Positions 56,046 to 64,000 of a DNA stretch of 64,000 bases are shown in pieces. The translations under genes and the position numbers were made by a program. The stretch lies in the NCBI RefSeq assembly GCF_009914755.1, contig NC_060927.1. One strand, 5' to 3'. Within the stretch, counting starts at the first letter, position 1. Each line of letters starts with the position of its first letter. This DNA comes from the human T2T-CHM13v2.0 reference genome, Homo sapiens. The notes beneath the pieces are model-generated. The model was not told where the DNA came from and made no database searches. It saw only the letters and a program-made list of their open reading frames with translations.

Positions 56046-56679
56046 CACTTCCTTGCACATTCCTACCCTGCATCCCAGTTTCTTCTTTGAAACTCAAGGA
56101 AGAGGCTGAGTGAAATAATAATATTTGAAAGCATCTCAAAAATAGCTATCATCCACTAAGTAACATGTGGCCTCGTGAATTCTAAGGTCACTAGCATGGT
56201 GCCTAACTTCTCCCAAAACATCTCAATACCTGACATTGGCAAGCTCACTCTCTGGGGTGCTGTACCTGTGGCCTCTCAAACTTTGCTTCTCTGTGGCATC
56301 CATAGCTGGATCTCTACAGTAACAATTTTTATGCTGTACAAGAACTGATAAACTACAGTGGCTTATCCTTCGGTAAAACACCTCTTCTTAGCTAAAAGAA
56401 GAGCAATTTAATTCTCTCCAAATTAAACTATTTTTCTGTAATTGTGGTCTTCTTGATAAAATTAGAAGGATTTGAAAGGAATAGAAAAGGGAATTTTTAG
56501 TAATTTTTAAAAAATTTTAATGCTTTTCTGAGTAACATTTAAAATTGTATTTCTCATACTTTGGGAAACACTACCATGCAGGAAGCTTTAGGGGAACACT
56601 AACACTTTAATTAGACTTTTGTATGGGAATAGAATTCAGAAATTTATTGAGTTTTAATTCAGTAATGTAGAAAAGGGAA

Positions 56680-57920
56680 TAGTGCTAGCAAATGTACCAA
56701 ATCAGGCATATTGACTAGTTGGGTTTGCTTGGTGGTAAAATGACTGAAGAGCTCTGCCAGTCATATCGTACAAGGCCTCAAATTCCAAGCTAAGCAAGAT
56801 GAACTACATGCAATAGTCATCCTGAAAGGATTTTGAGAAAGAGTAATATGCACAGCTAATGAGGCTCAATCCAGCATAGACTCAAGAAGGAAGACCTGAA
56901 TGCAGGGAAACCACTGCCTTGGTAGTTACTGGATCAATATAAGGGAATCTACATATCGCTACTGTAAGTGGCAAAGGTGAAAGAGAGACTGTGAGGAAGA
57001 GGAGACAATGAGATGTACAAAGTTTCAAGATTGGTTGGCAAGGAACCTGCTGGTACCATGACAGAAAAGGAAAATTCAAAGGGAAAATAAGGTATAAGGG
57101 GAAACATGATATTTAGTTTTAAAAACAACAAATTTGAAAAGAAAACCATGGTATTCAAGTACAGAGTACTTAGTGACAGAAGTATTTTGACCTACACAAG
57201 TTAAATAATGAATGGAAATATTAGCCTGGAGAGTACTCCAAAAGATATACAGTATAGAAAAAGAAGAAAAGAGAGGGCACACAATGCGTTGGGTGGGAAT
57301 AATGACAAATGCAGATAGTGAAGGCTGTGTGAGTACACAGCAGTGGGAGGAAGGTGAGGTCCAATCTAGTGTAGTGTTTTGGGACCAAAAAGGAAAGACA
57401 AGCTCAAAAGAAAGACTGGATTCTCTAGTGCTCAGTGCTACATAGACGTCAAGGAGATTAAGAACACTTAAACACATACATTTGCCAAATAGGTGGTTAT
57501 TTGTGTCCTTTAAAGGCAGAGTAATGAAGGCAAAGATTAAAATTAGGTAACTAATAAGAGAAAAGGGGGGCAAAGAGCATAAAGTATCAAATATGCTTAA
57601 TTACATTTTGTGTCGAAGTTTTAGCTTTCACACTAAAATTAAATTCCTTAGAGGCAAGTATCAAAAATAATAATTACATGTTTTCCCATCAATTTGACAT
57701 GATGACTTGCAAATGAGAAGTACTCAACACAGCATCACTGATTTATTGATTTATCCATCCATTCAACTGATAGTTATTAAGTTCCTACTGTATGCCTCCT
57801 ACTCTTTGAGGTGCTGGAGCTATAACAGTTTGGTAGGAAACAATTCTGTCTCCTACCCTAGGGTCTTTCAGAGTAGTAGTGGAGACAGTTATAATGACCA
57901 ATTATCACACATGTGAGAAC
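56680..57920 (-). mobile_element. LINE-2 fragments
   Basis: Purine-rich antisense L2-like sequence; 3' end motif TCCATTCAAC..TTATTAAGTTCCTACTGTATGCC (~57755-57800). Confidence 0.5.
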
Positions 57921-59686
57921 TCCCAGCAAAAGAAAAATCACACTTTGGTCTGGAAAGGTAAGTCAAAACTTTCTCGACAAAATATTCTAAAAGATCCTTA
58001 TTAAAATGATAAAAAAAGTCAATGGTACTTGAAGCATAATAAAACAGATCAAACTTTTAAAAGATTGAGGCTTCTTCAAGGAAAACAGTTTCCTCCAAGC
58101 ATCCCGAACTTGCCTTAGAACTCCACTTCCCTCTTTGTCCTCAAAGGCAACTATTTTATGACATCATCAAAACCAAAGATTCAGTACATAAGTCATCTAA
58201 TTCTCTGTATCTATCACAACCTAAAATCACTCAAAGGTTACGCACTTTCTCTTTAAAATAATGTGTGTGCACCCCACCCCCATCCCCTACACATGGTGAA
58301 CAGCAAAGCTAAAGTTCATGTGGCAGGTAAAGCTAGTCTCTAAAACTCAGACTACAGCTGACAATAAGTTGCTGAAATGACTTTATGTAGTTCGTGATTC
58401 AGTCCTAGAAGAACTAATTTAAAAACAGGAAAGTGGGTTTGTACTGGAAATTGACAAAATTGCATGCAGAGATAAAAATTCAAGTACTTTTCTCTTTATG
58501 ATAGTTTTGGATGCAGTTGCAAAAACTCATAAATTCCTAACGGTGCTGCAACTACACACAGAGATATCGTCTCCCTAACCCCTTGAATGCTGAAATTTGG
58601 ATAAAATTCCTAGGAAATTCTTTACCGTTCTTATATTTTTCTCTAGCATTAAAATACCCAGGTCTTGGCTTAGCCTAGGACAATTAAGGAAGTTAAAAGA
58701 GGGAGAGATGAACTCTCACCCAAAATACTGTACTTAGAATATTACTGTGACATTATATCTACTCTTTTGAAAGCACGAGCTTCCAGCTTTTTGAAAACAC
58801 TATGAACAATTCCTCTCAATCCTATAAAATTAAAAAACTATGACTAATTCCTGTTCATTCTATAAAATAACTATAAAACATCCCTTTACTCACTTTAGAC
58901 CCCTGCTAATAAGTCTTTGAAGACTTATAAAGTCAGTGGGATCAACACTAAACTACTTGACCTGGAAGTCAGACCCTTACAGACAAACTCTATGCTATCA
59001 TTGTAATTTCACAACCAAGTGCTCCTGTCCTGTGTCTTTTACACACATTTTGTTGTTTCTTGCTTTCATGGTTAATTTACACCTGCCTTTTCACCTAGTC
59101 AATTCCCACCTAATTTCTCTATATGAGCCTCTGAAATTTCTTCATAAAACCTTATCAGTCTATTCATGTTCAAATTGCATCTCTCTCCTCTGAACTCCTA
59201 AAGCACAATTAGATGCACCATTTGGTGGTGTTGATAACAACCAATCATGAAGTCATTTGCAGTCATAAAATAGTGGCTAACTTTCATTGAGTGGGAATTT
59301 CTTATGTTCTACCTTCCTTCCTAGGCTGTAGCCTCCTGTTCTTCTGCTCAGCATCTTCTACCCCCCTTTTTATTTTTCTTATCCAAAAAAATTCTATTCA
59401 ATTTGTAAGCCAGGTTTTCTTTTAAAGTTTGTTTTCTACAAAGCATGCCTAAAAACACTCTCTTTTATCTCACATTATTTATTAAGGTATTATTTTAAAC
59501 CAATATTTAAGTTCAGATCTGGTTATAACTAGTAAAATTATACATCATATAATTTTATAACGATTTATTTATTTATAAATTGTATAAATAAGTAATATAA
59601 TAAGTTTATATACACACATGCACACACACCTAATATATGAACTAACTTCTTAGAACTAGTTAAATAATAACCTAAAAGCAAATACC

Positions 59687-64000
<4,314 letters not shown>

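Noticed and set aside
57076-57573. Longest ORF (165 aa)
   Set aside because: Pyrimidine-rich strand of a decayed L2; no recognisable domain.
57862-57963. Plus-strand AAG|GTAAGT donor and possible exon (also TAG|GTAAGT at 23250)
   Set aside because: Acceptors weak or inside L2; a few such motifs are expected by chance in 64 kb.

Overview
Primate (human-like) AT-rich, gene-poor DNA dominated by transposable elements; no supported protein-coding gene (the long ORFs are decayed L1 ORF1/ORF2 pieces, Alu read-throughs or simple-repeat artefacts). Main contents: two large minus-strand L1MA-type elements, one full-length (~8.2 kb) with a 16-bp TSD; three 5'-inverted (twin-primed) L1PA insertions; two plus-strand old L1PA 5' halves; about ten Alus; MaLR/ERVL LTRs; a solo HERV-W LTR (LTR17) inside an AluY; a full-length Hsmar2 mariner with a nested L1 and Alu; a hY1 retropseudogene; a MER58; L2/MIR relics; and a ~1.65-kb AT-rich minisatellite. 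Non-repeat stretches hold a candidate minus-strand exon (37695-37791), an enhancer-like block (~22.6-23.1 kb) and a small hairpin. I found no convincing new biological system; the notable items are insertion and repair scars plus a few regulatory candidates. Subfamily calls and consensus comparisons are from recalled consensus sequences, by eye, and need RepeatMasker/Dfam confirmation.
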